A stretch of DNA of 58,236 nt from Candidatus Micrarchaeota archaeon (GTDB lineage: Archaea; Micrarchaeota; Micrarchaeia; Micrarchaeales; CABMGC01). Positions 27,606 through 36,891 of the stretch are shown one piece after another. The notes under the pieces are model-generated. The model had not been told where the DNA came from, made no database searches, and was given only the letters and a program-made list of their open reading frames with translations. The position numbers and the translations under genes are program-made. Every line of letters starts with the position of its first letter. Position 1 is the first letter of the stretch. The DNA lies in the NCBI GenBank assembly GCA_021791725.1, contig JAJYVZ010000001.1:1-58236 (forward strand), given 5' to 3'.

Positions 27606-29582
27606 CTAATTATTCCTGCCCTTACCTCTCTTCGAGAGGCCAATGTACAACATTGCTAGTAAAATTATTATTAAGATGACCCCAAATATGTTATATATTG
27701 ATATAAACCTGAGCGTAACTCCAGAACCCTTCTCGGCAAGCACGTTTGCCGAAGAGAGGAGATACGATGCCGTTCCGTTTACATATCCGTACGGGATGTC
27801 GCGCAGCGACAGATTTCCGGAATTCCCGGTATAAAATCCATTAGCAGTCCCATTCAGAAATCTCAAGTCGACAAACGCATTTACCGGCAATCCAAAATAA
27901 TCCGAGGTCTTGACGTAAATGTCATAGACTGGAAGTTCTATCGGCACAACAGAAGGCGAGGTTATCCTGAAGCTGAAGTTCACTGGCATTATGGCTCCTT
28001 TGTATGTAGCATTGCTTATGGTCGCGGTGCTGTTTTCGTCAAGAAATATTCTGGACGCTATGAAAGTATGATCTACTGAAAAACCACTGACGTTTATCCT
28101 GTCACCATAGTGGTCTTCCCCAACCAACTCCATCATGTCCTGCTTTTTGAAGACTGTTTTGATTCGGGACGGCCCATTGATTAGAATTCTTATTGATCTG
28201 CTCGTATTGCCGTTGCTCCATCCCTTGAAAGCGTATCTCTCTGACACGCTGACATTGTACAACGTACCTGCCACCGAAAGGTTCGCATAGGTTCCATTCG
28301 CATACCATCCGCTCCCAGAAGCGTTATAATAGTCGGAAGTAGCATTGACATAATACTCCCTTTGCCACAGAGCCCTCAAAATCTCAGGTTGCGAAATAAT
28401 CACGCTCCCGCTGGAGTTCTTGTTCCCGTTGCTCCATCCTGTAAATATCTCTCTGGCAGTGCTGTTCAGATAAACAACAGACTCGTTTACCGAGTATGCC
28501 CCCCCGGCGCCGCTGTCATACCATCCGCTCCCGCTAACGCTTCCATATTGTGATAACAGCGATAGAAGATACTGTGTCTGCCATTCTACGGTCTCTGTTA
28601 TGTTGGATTGCAATATGATGCTCTTTGGATTCTGCGTTCCTGTATAAGAACCCAAACCCTCCCCCATCCATCCCGCAAAAAGCTCTCTTGCGGAGCTTGT
28701 TATGTTTACAATCCTCTGCGCAGAAAGATTTATCTGCGAATTCCCTATGTACTGCTGCTGGCTACTAAGGTTTCCGAATGGAGATTTTATGTTTAATTCA
28801 AAAGCCGATTTCCATAACAAGACGCCGTTCATCGGCTGTGCCAGACCTGATCCAACCCTGAAGTAATTAGCCAAGTTGCCAACCTCTCCGACACCGTAAC
28901 TGTTCTTCAGGGTCTGGAGACTGCCAACCCCGTATCCTATATATGCCGAGGCTTCAGGGACCGATAGGTATTGTCCATCCTGGAATACCGAGAAGTTCTT
29001 GAATGCGACGTCACTAAGTTGCTGCGAGTTTGTGCTTGCATTGGCCAATTCGCCGAAAGCAACAGGCGCATTGGGCCCAGAATTCGGATTCCCTATGCTT
29101 GTCGAGCCTATGTTATTCCCGTCAAAATTGAAGTAATACCTGCCATTCGAGTAATAAAAATAATATCTATGGAATGTACCGTTTCTGCCGGCGGATCCGT
29201 CTGGTCCTATGGCTCCCATGAAACTGTCGTTGTTTCCAGGAGGAAAATATTCGTAGAACCACTCCGGACTGCCAGCATGGAGGAGTTCATAGTTCCTGCA
29301 GGAAGTGGCATCGCATAAAGCAGGATAGTTGGCTGTCTGGTTCTCTATAAGGTAGCCAATCTGAAGAAACGAACCATCAGGCATGTCTTCGCCTACCCAG
29401 TAAGCCAGCGATCCAATACCTATGTGCTGATCTATTGTCTGCAGTGTTACTCCGGCTCCGGTGTTCTGGTCTGCCGAAATGCCTGCCCTTGCGCCGAACT
29501 GGAACCAGTATTCCGCATGCGCCATGAAAACGGCGCCAGTAAGCATTATGAAAAACGCAAGTCTGACGCTAGATCCGTTCAT
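27606..29582 (-). CDS. Secreted, C-terminally anchored surface protein: possible glutamic-peptidase (G1/eqolisin)-like N-domain plus InlB-B-repeat-like modules
   Basis: The signal-like N-terminus is MNGSSVRLAFFIMLTGAVFMAHA. G1-peptidase-like strings are LAYWVGEDM..FLQIGY and PEWFYEYFP. Repeats have the form GSGWY..G....F.GWSNGN. The C-terminal TM is ILIIILLAMLYIGL followed by basic residues. Confidence 0.6.
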   Translation of the reverse strand: MNGSSVRLAFFIMLTGAVFMAHAEYWFQFGARAGISADQNTGAGVTLQTIDQHIGIGSLAYWVGEDMPDGSFLQIGYLIENQTANYPALCDATSCRNYELLHAGSPEWFYEYFPPGNNDSFMGAIGPDGSAGRNGTFHRYYFYYSNGRYYFNFDGNNIGSTSIGNPNSGPNAPVAFGELANASTNSQQLSDVAFKNFSVFQDGQYLSVPEASAYIGYGVGSLQTLKNSYGVGEVGNLANYFRVGSGLAQPMNGVLLWKSAFELNIKSPFGNLSSQQQYIGNSQINLSAQRIVNITSSARELFAGWMGEGLGSYTGTQNPKSIILQSNITETVEWQTQYLLSLLSQYGSVSGSGWYDSGAGGAYSVNESVVYLNSTAREIFTGWSNGNKNSSGSVIISQPEILRALWQREYYVNATSDYYNASGSGWYANGTYANLSVAGTLYNVSVSERYAFKGWSNGNTSRSIRILINGPSRIKTVFKKQDMMELVGEDHYGDRINVSGFSVDHTFIASRIFLDENSTATISNATYKGAIMPVNFSFRITSPSVVPIELPVYDIYVKTSDYFGLPVNAFVDLRFLNGTANGFYTGNSGNLSLRDIPYGYVNGTASYLLSSANVLAEKGSGVTLRFISIYNIFGVILIIILLAMLYIGLSKRGKGRNN

Positions 29583-29852
29583 GCTACATTCCGGTATCGT
29601 GCGGCATCCTCCATCCGTGCCTCTGCCAGTTCCACGCATTTTATATCATTATTCGTATTTATACACTTTTCTGCGGTTCGCTCCCATCTGGCTCCCGAAA
29701 GGAACTCTCTGAATGCGGTGCGGGAGTTCCAGCTTAACTTGTCAAATGTTTTGTTTGAATAAACGAATGTTCCGGATAATGCTCGGATGTATGAATGCCG
29801 TAATAAAATCATATTCCTGGATGCTGCTCCTTCCGTTGCCTTCATCGCAGCC

Positions 29853-30761
29853 TCATCTGAGCGAGGCGATTATCCCGTCGATTATGCCGTGCGCGCCAAT
29901 TCCTCCCGTCGCACGCACCGATATCCTGTGGCTCAGTATGGGCTTTGCCAGGAACTTTATGTCGTCCCTTGCGACCTCCTTCCTTCCAGAGAGGTATGCG
30001 CGGGCCTTTGAGCAGTTCATGAATGCCAGGTCTGCCCTGGGGCTTGCCCCCATGACGACATGTATCTCTTTCCTCGTTGCGTCGACAATCTGCGTTATGT
30101 ACTCTGCCACGTCGTCTGGCAGGGTTACGGCCTTTGCATCCTGCTGCATGCCCATCACGTCGTTGGCATCTATCACTTTCTTTATGGAATACGTCTCTTC
30201 CTTCTCCTTGAGCCGCATCATCTCCTGCTCCTCCTTCATGTTCGGGTAATCTACGTCGATCTTCATTATGAACCTGTCTGCAAGCACCTTGGGCAGCGGC
30301 TCGGTTCCCTCTATCTTCAGGGGGTTCTGCGTAGCGAATGTTATGAACGGCTTCGGGAGTTGGAAGTCCCTGCCCCCTACTGTCACCTGCCTTTCCTCAA
30401 GCGTCTCCAGGAGCGCGGACATCGTCTTTGGCTGCGTCCTGTTCAGTTCGTCGACAAGCAGCATGTTAGTGAATATCGGGCCTCTCCTGAACTGCACGTT
30501 GCCGATCTCGTCCCTGTAGGTGTATCCGGTTATGTCGGAAGGTACCAGATCCGGAGTGCCCTGCACCCTCTTGAAGTCAGCGCTCACCGCGGAGGCAAGC
30601 GCCTTTGTCATAGTAGTCTTCGCCACTCCCGGCACGCCTTCGAGAAGCGCGTGCCCGTTTGCCACGATGGCTATTATCATGAGCTCTATCGTCTCGTCCT
30701 TTCCGGCTATATGCTTCTTTACCTCGTCCCTAATCTCTTGGAACACAGTGGCCCCGTCCAT
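29853..30761 (-). CDS. MoxR-family AAA+ ATPase
   Basis: HALLEGVPGVAKTT Walker A, LLVDELNR Walker B, FATQNP, and a C-terminal GASPRA lid. Confidence 0.9.
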   Translation of the reverse strand: MDGATVFQEIRDEVKKHIAGKDETIELMIIAIVANGHALLEGVPGVAKTTMTKALASAVSADFKRVQGTPDLVPSDITGYTYRDEIGNVQFRRGPIFTNMLLVDELNRTQPKTMSALLETLEERQVTVGGRDFQLPKPFITFATQNPLKIEGTEPLPKVLADRFIMKIDVDYPNMKEEQEMMRLKEKEETYSIKKVIDANDVMGMQQDAKAVTLPDDVAEYITQIVDATRKEIHVVMGASPRADLAFMNCSKARAYLSGRKEVARDDIKFLAKPILSHRISVRATGGIGAHGIIDGIIASLR

Positions 30762-30875
30762 GCTTGCACCATCGCCGTGTCGGCAATCTGATTTGCGTGC
30801 GAAAAGTATTTATAATTGATAAAACAAGAGGAATAACGGATTTCAATAGGCTTAGTAGATTCAGCCGATGATTGC

Positions 30876-31214
30876 ATGATAGGCAAAAACACAGGGGAAA
30901 CAAGGCCAGTATCAGTGCCGGTCGCGTTCGACATACTTGAGAAAAGGAAGAAGGAGAGCGAGCTTGGATACGAGCAGCAGCTCGCGTTCGAGCATGGAGA
31001 GAAGGCCGCGCTGCTCAGCAGGGAGAAGGCAGAGAAGCTAGAGAAGGAACTTGTCGAATTGGGGGTGAAGGTAAAGACTGCGATAAAGATAGTGGACGTA
31101 ATGCCGCTAAACGAGACGCAGCTAAGGCAGGTCCTTGTGATAGAGAAGAGACAGGTGGAGGACGAGGACGTGAAGAAGCTCCTAGAGGCAGTAAGCAAAT
31201 ACAGGGAAAAGTAA
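30876..31214 (+). CDS. rpoF: RNA polymerase subunit Rpo4 (RpoF)
   Basis: Length about 110 aa with LGYEQQLAFEH... and KIVDVMPLNETQLRQV, the Rpb4/RpoF pattern. A DUF655 gene follows, as in many archaea. Confidence 0.8.
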   Translation: MIGKNTGETRPVSVPVAFDILEKRKKESELGYEQQLAFEHGEKAALLSREKAEKLEKELVELGVKVKTAIKIVDVMPLNETQLRQVLVIEKRQVEDEDVKKLLEAVSKYREK

Positions 31215-31229
31215 TCCCATGGAAGCGCG

Positions 31230-31823
31230 GTGCGGCATATGTATGAGAGAGAACAGCCCAGAAAGGAGAGCCTTGAAGATTATGCAATAGTGCTAGACTA
31301 TCTGCCTACAGGCAAATCCTTCTCAGTCAAGTCCGAGCCGATAACGCAGCTCCTTGGGGAGGAGAGGTTTACGCTTCTTGAGGCTATCCTCAAGCCCGGA
31401 ACAGGAGTGAAGAACGAGGAAAGGGTGTACATAGGCAAGGGCGAACGCGACAAGATACAGCTCATAAAATTGCGCATAACGTACAACGAGCTCACAGAAG
31501 GCGCGCGCAATGAGCTTCCGCACGCGATATCGCAGATAATAAAGGGCAACGAGAAGAGATTCATAGACTTCTTCAACGGCGCAGGGCCCATAAACATACG
31601 TGAGCACTCGCTTGAGTTGCTTCCTGGAATAGGCAAGCGATACCTCAACGCGATACTCAAGGCCAGGGAGGAGAAGCCCTTCGAGAGCTTCCAGGACATG
31701 TCAGGAAGGGTGCAGCTGCTTCAGGATCCGGTAAGGCTGCTTGTGGAGAGGGTTATCATGGAGCTCAAGGGAGAGAGCAGGTTCTACATACTCACAAGGC
31801 CGTACAGCAGGAGATACGAATAG
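31230..31823 (+). CDS. DUF655-family putative RNA-binding protein (OB + helix-hairpin-helix)
   Basis: EDYAIVLDYLPTGK, FTLLEAILKPG, FIDFFNGAGPINIREHSLELLPGIGKR. Confidence 0.8.
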   Translation: MRHMYEREQPRKESLEDYAIVLDYLPTGKSFSVKSEPITQLLGEERFTLLEAILKPGTGVKNEERVYIGKGERDKIQLIKLRITYNELTEGARNELPHAISQIIKGNEKRFIDFFNGAGPINIREHSLELLPGIGKRYLNAILKAREEKPFESFQDMSGRVQLLQDPVRLLVERVIMELKGESRFYILTRPYSRRYE

Positions 31824-31902
31824 ATTTCCGGTTTAGCTGGCTTATGCTTGGGGCACAACTGGCAATAACACGAATGGATAGGGCTGGCCATCCCTGCCGT
31901 TT

Positions 31903-32193
31903 CTAGGAATGTCTCTCAATATGCCTCTGCTGCGCTATTATCTTTCTGGTTAGCGACTTAGAGGTCTTTATCTCGACTACGTATGCAGAGCCCCTTTTTT
32001 CTATTACTCTGCCAACCTTTCCCCTGTACCTCGGATGCGGTATGTCGGCGGTGTTGCCTTTTGGCACTATGACTACATTGTCTCCTATACTGAACTTCTT
32101 TATCCGATTTGCTATAGTTAGGGATGATGCTTTGTGGTGCTTTGAGAGCCTTCTCGTCCTCCTTGCGAATATTCCTTTTGACATGCCGGCCAC
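31903..32193 (-). CDS. rpl21e: Ribosomal protein eL21
   Basis: SKGIFARRTR..., FSIGDNVVIVPKGN and PHPRYRGKVGRVIEKRGSAYVVEI. Confidence 0.9.
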   Translation of the reverse strand: MAGMSKGIFARRTRRLSKHHKASSLTIANRIKKFSIGDNVVIVPKGNTADIPHPRYRGKVGRVIEKRGSAYVVEIKTSKSLTRKIIAQQRHIERHS

Positions 32194-32270
32194 TTCTTTT
32201 CCTTCTTCTTATTGCAGGCTACATTTTATAATACTTCCTGAAGGCGCCTGGATTTTATGCTCCCCGCCTG

Positions 32271-32693
32271 TTAGTTGTTAGATGTTTTTACGACTCTGAT
32301 CTCCCTGTTTAAAAACAATTCAACGGCGTTTTCGTAAACCATCTTTCCGTTCTCGTCCTTTTTGACTGAGTTGTTGCACGATAATACGGCCCGTTTTACA
32401 ACCGGGGCGACAGGCGATGTTACAGTTACGAAATTGTATATCAGCGTAACCACCGCGTTGCACTCCTCTGTCAGAAATCTCGCTATGTCTATCTTATTGC
32501 TTGCGAACGCCAGCATTGCAGCGGTCTTCCCATCCGCATCCTTTGCATCTATGTTGCCCCCCAGGGCCTTGATGTCCCTTGCCAGCTTCTTCACGTCCTC
32601 GATCCTGCCGTTTCTTGCGGCTTCCCTGAGCCCAGATTCCTTTGCTGCCTTCACTGTTTCTATAAGCGGATCTTTTCCAGAGAAACTCTCCAT
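32271..32693 (-). CDS. Small protein with one or two ankyrin-like repeats
   Basis: AARNGRIEDVKKL...GGNIDAKDADGKTAAMLAFASNKIDIARFL. Confidence 0.55.
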   Translation of the reverse strand: MESFSGKDPLIETVKAAKESGLREAARNGRIEDVKKLARDIKALGGNIDAKDADGKTAAMLAFASNKIDIARFLTEECNAVVTLIYNFVTVTSPVAPVVKRAVLSCNNSVKKDENGKMVYENAVELFLNREIRVVKTSNN

Positions 32694-32756
32694 AAAATCA
32701 TGTAGCGTGCTCCGAATAGCTATATATATCTTTAGTGTAATATTCTATCGGTAACG

Positions 32757-33062
32757 ATGGCGAAGGCGAAGAGAGGGAAAGGAAGGGTGCTTAGGCCTGA
32801 CTTCAGGGTCGAGAACATAGTGGCAAGCGCAGACCTTGGGGTAGACCTTGACCTCTACAGCATAGCAAAGGCCTCTCCGGATATAGACTACGAGCCCGAG
32901 CAGTTCCCGGGAGCGATATGCAAGATCCATGAGCCGAAGACCGCGCTTCTCCTATTCAAGAACGGGAAGATAATCTGCACAGGCGCGAAGACCGAGGCCG
33001 ACATAAGAAGGGCCATAGACAAGGCAATAAAGATAATAAGGAACTATACGCTTGCAAGCTAG
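32757..33062 (+). CDS. tbp: TATA-binding protein homolog consisting of a single TBP repeat (101 aa)
   Basis: FRVENIVASADLGVDLDL..YEPEQFPGAICKIHEPKTALLLFKNGKIICTGAKTEADIRRAIDKAIKII is one complete TBP repeat. The ORF then ends, with no second repeat. Confidence 0.8.
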   Translation: MAKAKRGKGRVLRPDFRVENIVASADLGVDLDLYSIAKASPDIDYEPEQFPGAICKIHEPKTALLLFKNGKIICTGAKTEADIRRAIDKAIKIIRNYTLAS

Positions 33063-33264
33063 TTTTAAGGCGAATCTTAGATATTATCTTAGATGACTCT
33101 TTATCCCCCTTTGCACTTTTTGATCTTTGAAACCTTGACATGCTTGGATCGTTGAAATAGCAATTCCCTGAAATTGGACAATGAAACCTTCCTCTCACGA
33201 CGAAAGACGTTGTCCTGCCTATGGGAGATATTCCGGGAGTGGCCTTTTCCAGGAAGAAAAACTT

Positions 33265-33915
33265 TTATCTCCCGTGCTTCTTTATCCTCTTCGTGGCAAA
33301 ATAGTACAGTGCATACATGGCTATGGCGAACGCTGCCACCTCGATGAAGATTACAGTCAGATTTGAGGTCGAGAGCGCATAATATCCGAACATTACAAGT
33401 ATAGTGTTCCATATCAGCATGCCTGCTATCGAATAGAGTATGAACTTCTTCTGGTCCATGAATGCGAATCCAGCCACAAGGCTCACAAGGCCGCGCACCT
33501 CGGGTATGAACCTTGCTATGAAGACCGCGAACGCGCCATTGGACGAGAACCATCTGTCGAACGAATCAAGAGATCCCTTCTTTATCCTGAATGTTGAGAG
33601 GTGCCTGTAAATTATGTCCTTTCCAACAAAGTACGCCAAGAAGTAGTTTATCTCCATCCCCACGAAGCTCGCTATCGTAACAACGATTATCGAAAGCACC
33701 ATTGCCAAGAAAGGGTTTGGATTGAGGAGCCCCTGCGCGGAGAGATAGCCTGCTAGGGGCAGCACGATCTCGCTTGGTATGGGCAGCGACGCACTCTCCA
33801 TAGCCATGAGGAGGAACAGGGCCAGATACCCGTAGCCCTTTACGAAAGAGGCAAGCGAAGAGTAAGATATCATGCTTAATATGCCTGATGCAGATAGCAA
33901 TAAAATAGAGCTCAT
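33265..33915 (-). CDS. DedA/SNARE-associated family membrane protein
   Basis: ESASLPIPSEIVLPLAGYL, FIARFIPEVRGLVSLVAG, and multiple TM segments. Confidence 0.8.
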   Translation of the reverse strand: MSSILLLSASGILSMISYSSLASFVKGYGYLALFLLMAMESASLPIPSEIVLPLAGYLSAQGLLNPNPFLAMVLSIIVVTIASFVGMEINYFLAYFVGKDIIYRHLSTFRIKKGSLDSFDRWFSSNGAFAVFIARFIPEVRGLVSLVAGFAFMDQKKFILYSIAGMLIWNTILVMFGYYALSTSNLTVIFIEVAAFAIAMYALYYFATKRIKKHGR

Positions 33916-33956
33916 GGTATTATATGACTAATACATTTTAAAAAAGATTTGAGAGT

Positions 33957-35015
33957 ATGCGAGTAATAAGATTCAACGATGTTGAGAACAGACTGAAGCT
34001 GCAGGTCGATTCGTTCGACGACCTTTATCTGGTGGAGAGGATACTTTCAGGAGGGGACATGGCGGAGTCCAGAAGCTTTAGGAGGTTCAGGGGGAACGAG
34101 GAGGATGTTGGGGAGCAGAAGGAAGTTGTGGTGAAGATAGATGTTGAGAAGATTGAGCTTGACAGGGGAGCACAGAAACTGCGCATAAACGGCAGAATAG
34201 TAAGCGGAAGGCCTGAGGAATACATAAAGATAGGCGGCTACCACACGCTGAACATAGGCAGCAGGGACGTCATAGAGATAGAGAAGAAAGAATGGAAGAG
34301 CTACATACTAAGAAGGATAAAACAGGCGGTTGACGATACTAAGAGGCCTAGGCTGGCCATAGTCGCCATGGACGAGGAGAAGGCGACGTTCGCATACGTC
34401 AAGGGATACGGCATAGACGTGATAACCGAGATCTACAGCCATCTTAGCAAGAGGATGAAGGAGAAGGACTTCCTCAAAACCAGGGAGGATTACTTCAATG
34501 AGATAATCAACGGCATTGGAAATCTTGACGTTGAGATAGTCGTGCTGGCAGGGCCCGGATTCACAAAGGATGACATAAAGAGATACATGAATGAGAAGGA
34601 GATAAGCGCTGGCAAGAAGCTGCTATATGTACAGGCGGGGGACGCTGAGAGGAGCGGAATAAGGGAGGCGGCGCAGAGCGAGGAGGTTGCAAAGGCAGTT
34701 GAGCAACAGCAGGTAAAGAAGGAATTCGATCTTCTGAACGCGTTCATGGCCGGACTTAGGACAAACGCCTCGTTTTACGGAAACAACGAAGTTACAAAAT
34801 CGTTGGAATCATATGTTGCCGGAGTTGTGCTTGTTAATGACAGCGTATTGAACATCAAAGATTTTCAGCGCGTGCTTGACGTGGCTGACAGCCAGAAGGT
34901 AAGGATAGAGATATTCAATTCCGAGGATGAAGCAGGAAAACAGCTTAGGGGCTTCAGGGATATAGCAAGCATAAGCAGGAAGATTCTGGAAGGGGACAGG
35001 GATCTGCGCGTGTAA
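33957..35015 (+). CDS. pelA: Pelota (aDom34) mRNA surveillance / ribosome rescue factor
   Basis: The N-terminal Sm-like region is LKLQVDSFDDLYLVERIL.GGD. The central and eRF1-like domains contain VLAGPGFTKDD. Length about 350 aa. Confidence 0.85.
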   Translation: MRVIRFNDVENRLKLQVDSFDDLYLVERILSGGDMAESRSFRRFRGNEEDVGEQKEVVVKIDVEKIELDRGAQKLRINGRIVSGRPEEYIKIGGYHTLNIGSRDVIEIEKKEWKSYILRRIKQAVDDTKRPRLAIVAMDEEKATFAYVKGYGIDVITEIYSHLSKRMKEKDFLKTREDYFNEIINGIGNLDVEIVVLAGPGFTKDDIKRYMNEKEISAGKKLLYVQAGDAERSGIREAAQSEEVAKAVEQQQVKKEFDLLNAFMAGLRTNASFYGNNEVTKSLESYVAGVVLVNDSVLNIKDFQRVLDVADSQKVRIEIFNSEDEAGKQLRGFRDIASISRKILEGDRDLRV

Positions 35016-35085
35016 GCCCCAACAATGGATATCCTGGCAGATGGTCTCGCAGTTGGAATATACGCCAAAACCAAACGGCATGATG

Positions 35086-35349
35086 TCAGGAAAGTAAGTG
35101 CGAACGGCGCAATGGGGCAACGATGCCAAGCGCAGCTGCCGTGATGTCGTATCCTTCAAAGATGTTGGCGATTCTGTTTATGGTACTGCTTGCCTCAACT
35201 ATTATTTTCGAACCATCCACTTTTCCAAAAAAGGTAGAGAACCTGTCTTTTGTCGTTGTCACATACCCCTCTGTACACACCTCCCCGTTGTTTTCCACAA
35301 CGATATAACTACTTTTCTTTCCCACATCTATTGCTGTCTTCTTGCGTAT
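35086..35349 (-). pseudogene. N-terminal remnant of an IS110-family (DEDD) transposase
   Basis: ...TAIDVGKKSSYIVVENNGEV...KIIVEASSTINRIANIFEGYDIT matches the DEDD_Tnp_IS110 N-domain pattern. There is no ATG, the ORF truncates after about 85 codons, and the C-terminal domain is absent in every frame. Confidence 0.5.
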
Positions 35350-35522
35350 CTTATAAAATATGGAATGTGAGGGGGATTTGGTGATACAATCGAATGACGA
35401 TGGCGATTCTATGTAAATGTCAAGTCCCTACTATCTTATATGCGCAGATGTATTATTAAACTCTTTTGTGATAATATTAAGAAACGTCTCAGATTCTTGC
35501 CGGTATTTTATCTGTGGTCCGC

Positions 35523-36869
35523 ATGGGAATGCTTGGGGACATGAAAGTCGCTGATCCTGAGATATACAAGGCTATACGGAAGGAGCTCAAGAGGCAGAGG
35601 GAGTACCTGGAGATGATACCTTCCGAGAACTTCGCAAGCATGAACGTGCTCAGGGCCTCTGGCACAATGCTGAACAACAAATACTCTGAGGGGTATCCGG
35701 GGAAGAGGTATTACGGGGGGAACGAGTTTGTAGACGTGATAGAAAGACTTGCAATCGAAAGGGCGAGGAAGCTGTTTGGCGTACCGCACGCAAACGTTCA
35801 GCCTTATTCCGGTTCTCCTGCCAACTTCGCGGTTTATTCTGCCTTGTGCAGTCCTGGAGACGCGATAATGGGGCTGAATCTTACCGACGGAGGGCATCTT
35901 ACCCATGGGTGGAAGGCAAGCATAACCGGCAGGTTCTTCAGAAGCGTGCCATATCATGTAAAAGAGGACGGTTACATAGATATCCAGGAGGCTAGAAGGC
36001 TTGCCATTGAGAACAGGCCGAGATTGATATGGATAGGATCTACTGCATACACGCGGGAACTGCCGTTTGAGGAATTTGCAACGATAGCGGATGAATGCGG
36101 GGCTTACCTTGTTGCGGACATATCGCATGTTGCAGGGCTTGTGGCGGCAGGGGTGCACAAGAGCCCAGCTCAACACGCGCATATAATAACTACGACAACG
36201 CACAAGACCCTTCGCGGGCCAAGGGGCGCAATGATAATGGTTACGGAAAAGGGCCAGCGCAAGGATCCCGAGCTTCCAGACAGGATTGACAAGGCGGTCT
36301 TCCCAGGCTTGCAAGGAGGGCCGCACGATCATACCACAGCTGCGATAGCCGTAGCGCTGCTTGAAGCATCGACGCCAGAATTTGCTGACTATGCAAGGCA
36401 GGTAGTGAAGAACGCAAAGATGCTAGGAGAGGAGCTTATGCGGAAAGGCGTAAAGCTTGTCACCAACGGCACTGACAACCACATGCTGCTTATAAATCTT
36501 ACGCCGTTCGGAAAGAGCAGAGGGGTCTTGGCGCAGGAGGCATTGGAAGCGGCAGGGATAGTGGCGAACAAGAACACAATACCAAAGGAGCCTGGAAGCC
36601 CGTTCTATCCCAGCGGGATAAGGATAGGAACCCCCGCAATAACCACGCGCGGAATGAGAGAAGGCGAGATGAGGGAGATAGCCGGGATTATGGCTGAGGT
36701 CCTGAATCAGGCAAAGGACTACGAACTACCGGAAGACGCCGCGAAGAGAGAGGCTTACATGAGGAGATACAGGAAGGAGATCAAGGCAAACAAAGCGATA
36801 AAAGATGCGAGAATAAAGACGCTGGAGCTATGCTCAAGATTTCCTCTATATCCGGAGATGAGGCTTTGA
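35523..36869 (+). CDS. glyA: Serine hydroxymethyltransferase
   Basis: DPEIYKAIRKELKRQ, YSGSPANFAVYSAL and TTTTHKTLRGPRGAMI, which contains the PLP-binding lysine motif. Confidence 0.95.
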   Translation: MGMLGDMKVADPEIYKAIRKELKRQREYLEMIPSENFASMNVLRASGTMLNNKYSEGYPGKRYYGGNEFVDVIERLAIERARKLFGVPHANVQPYSGSPANFAVYSALCSPGDAIMGLNLTDGGHLTHGWKASITGRFFRSVPYHVKEDGYIDIQEARRLAIENRPRLIWIGSTAYTRELPFEEFATIADECGAYLVADISHVAGLVAAGVHKSPAQHAHIITTTTHKTLRGPRGAMIMVTEKGQRKDPELPDRIDKAVFPGLQGGPHDHTTAAIAVALLEASTPEFADYARQVVKNAKMLGEELMRKGVKLVTNGTDNHMLLINLTPFGKSRGVLAQEALEAAGIVANKNTIPKEPGSPFYPSGIRIGTPAITTRGMREGEMREIAGIMAEVLNQAKDYELPEDAAKREAYMRRYRKEIKANKAIKDARIKTLELCSRFPLYPEMRL

Positions 36870-36891
36870 AGATAATGCATATGTCCGGGCT

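Noticed and set aside
29579-29845. The 88-aa minus-strand ORF between MoxR and the surface protein as the missing DUF58/vWA partner.
   Set aside because: It is far too short, has no vWA/MIDAS or DUF58 motif, and overlaps the 5' end of the surface-protein ORF.
33063-33264. A second TBP repeat hidden by a frameshift, or a C/D-box sRNA, in the spacer after the half-TBP. The spacer contains the direct repeat ATCTTAGAT twice, and AGATGAC...CTGA.
   Set aside because: All three plus frames contain multiple stops and nothing TBP-like. The C-box-like AGAUGAC deviates from RUGAUGA, and the box spacing (about 85 nt) does not fit a C/D sRNA.
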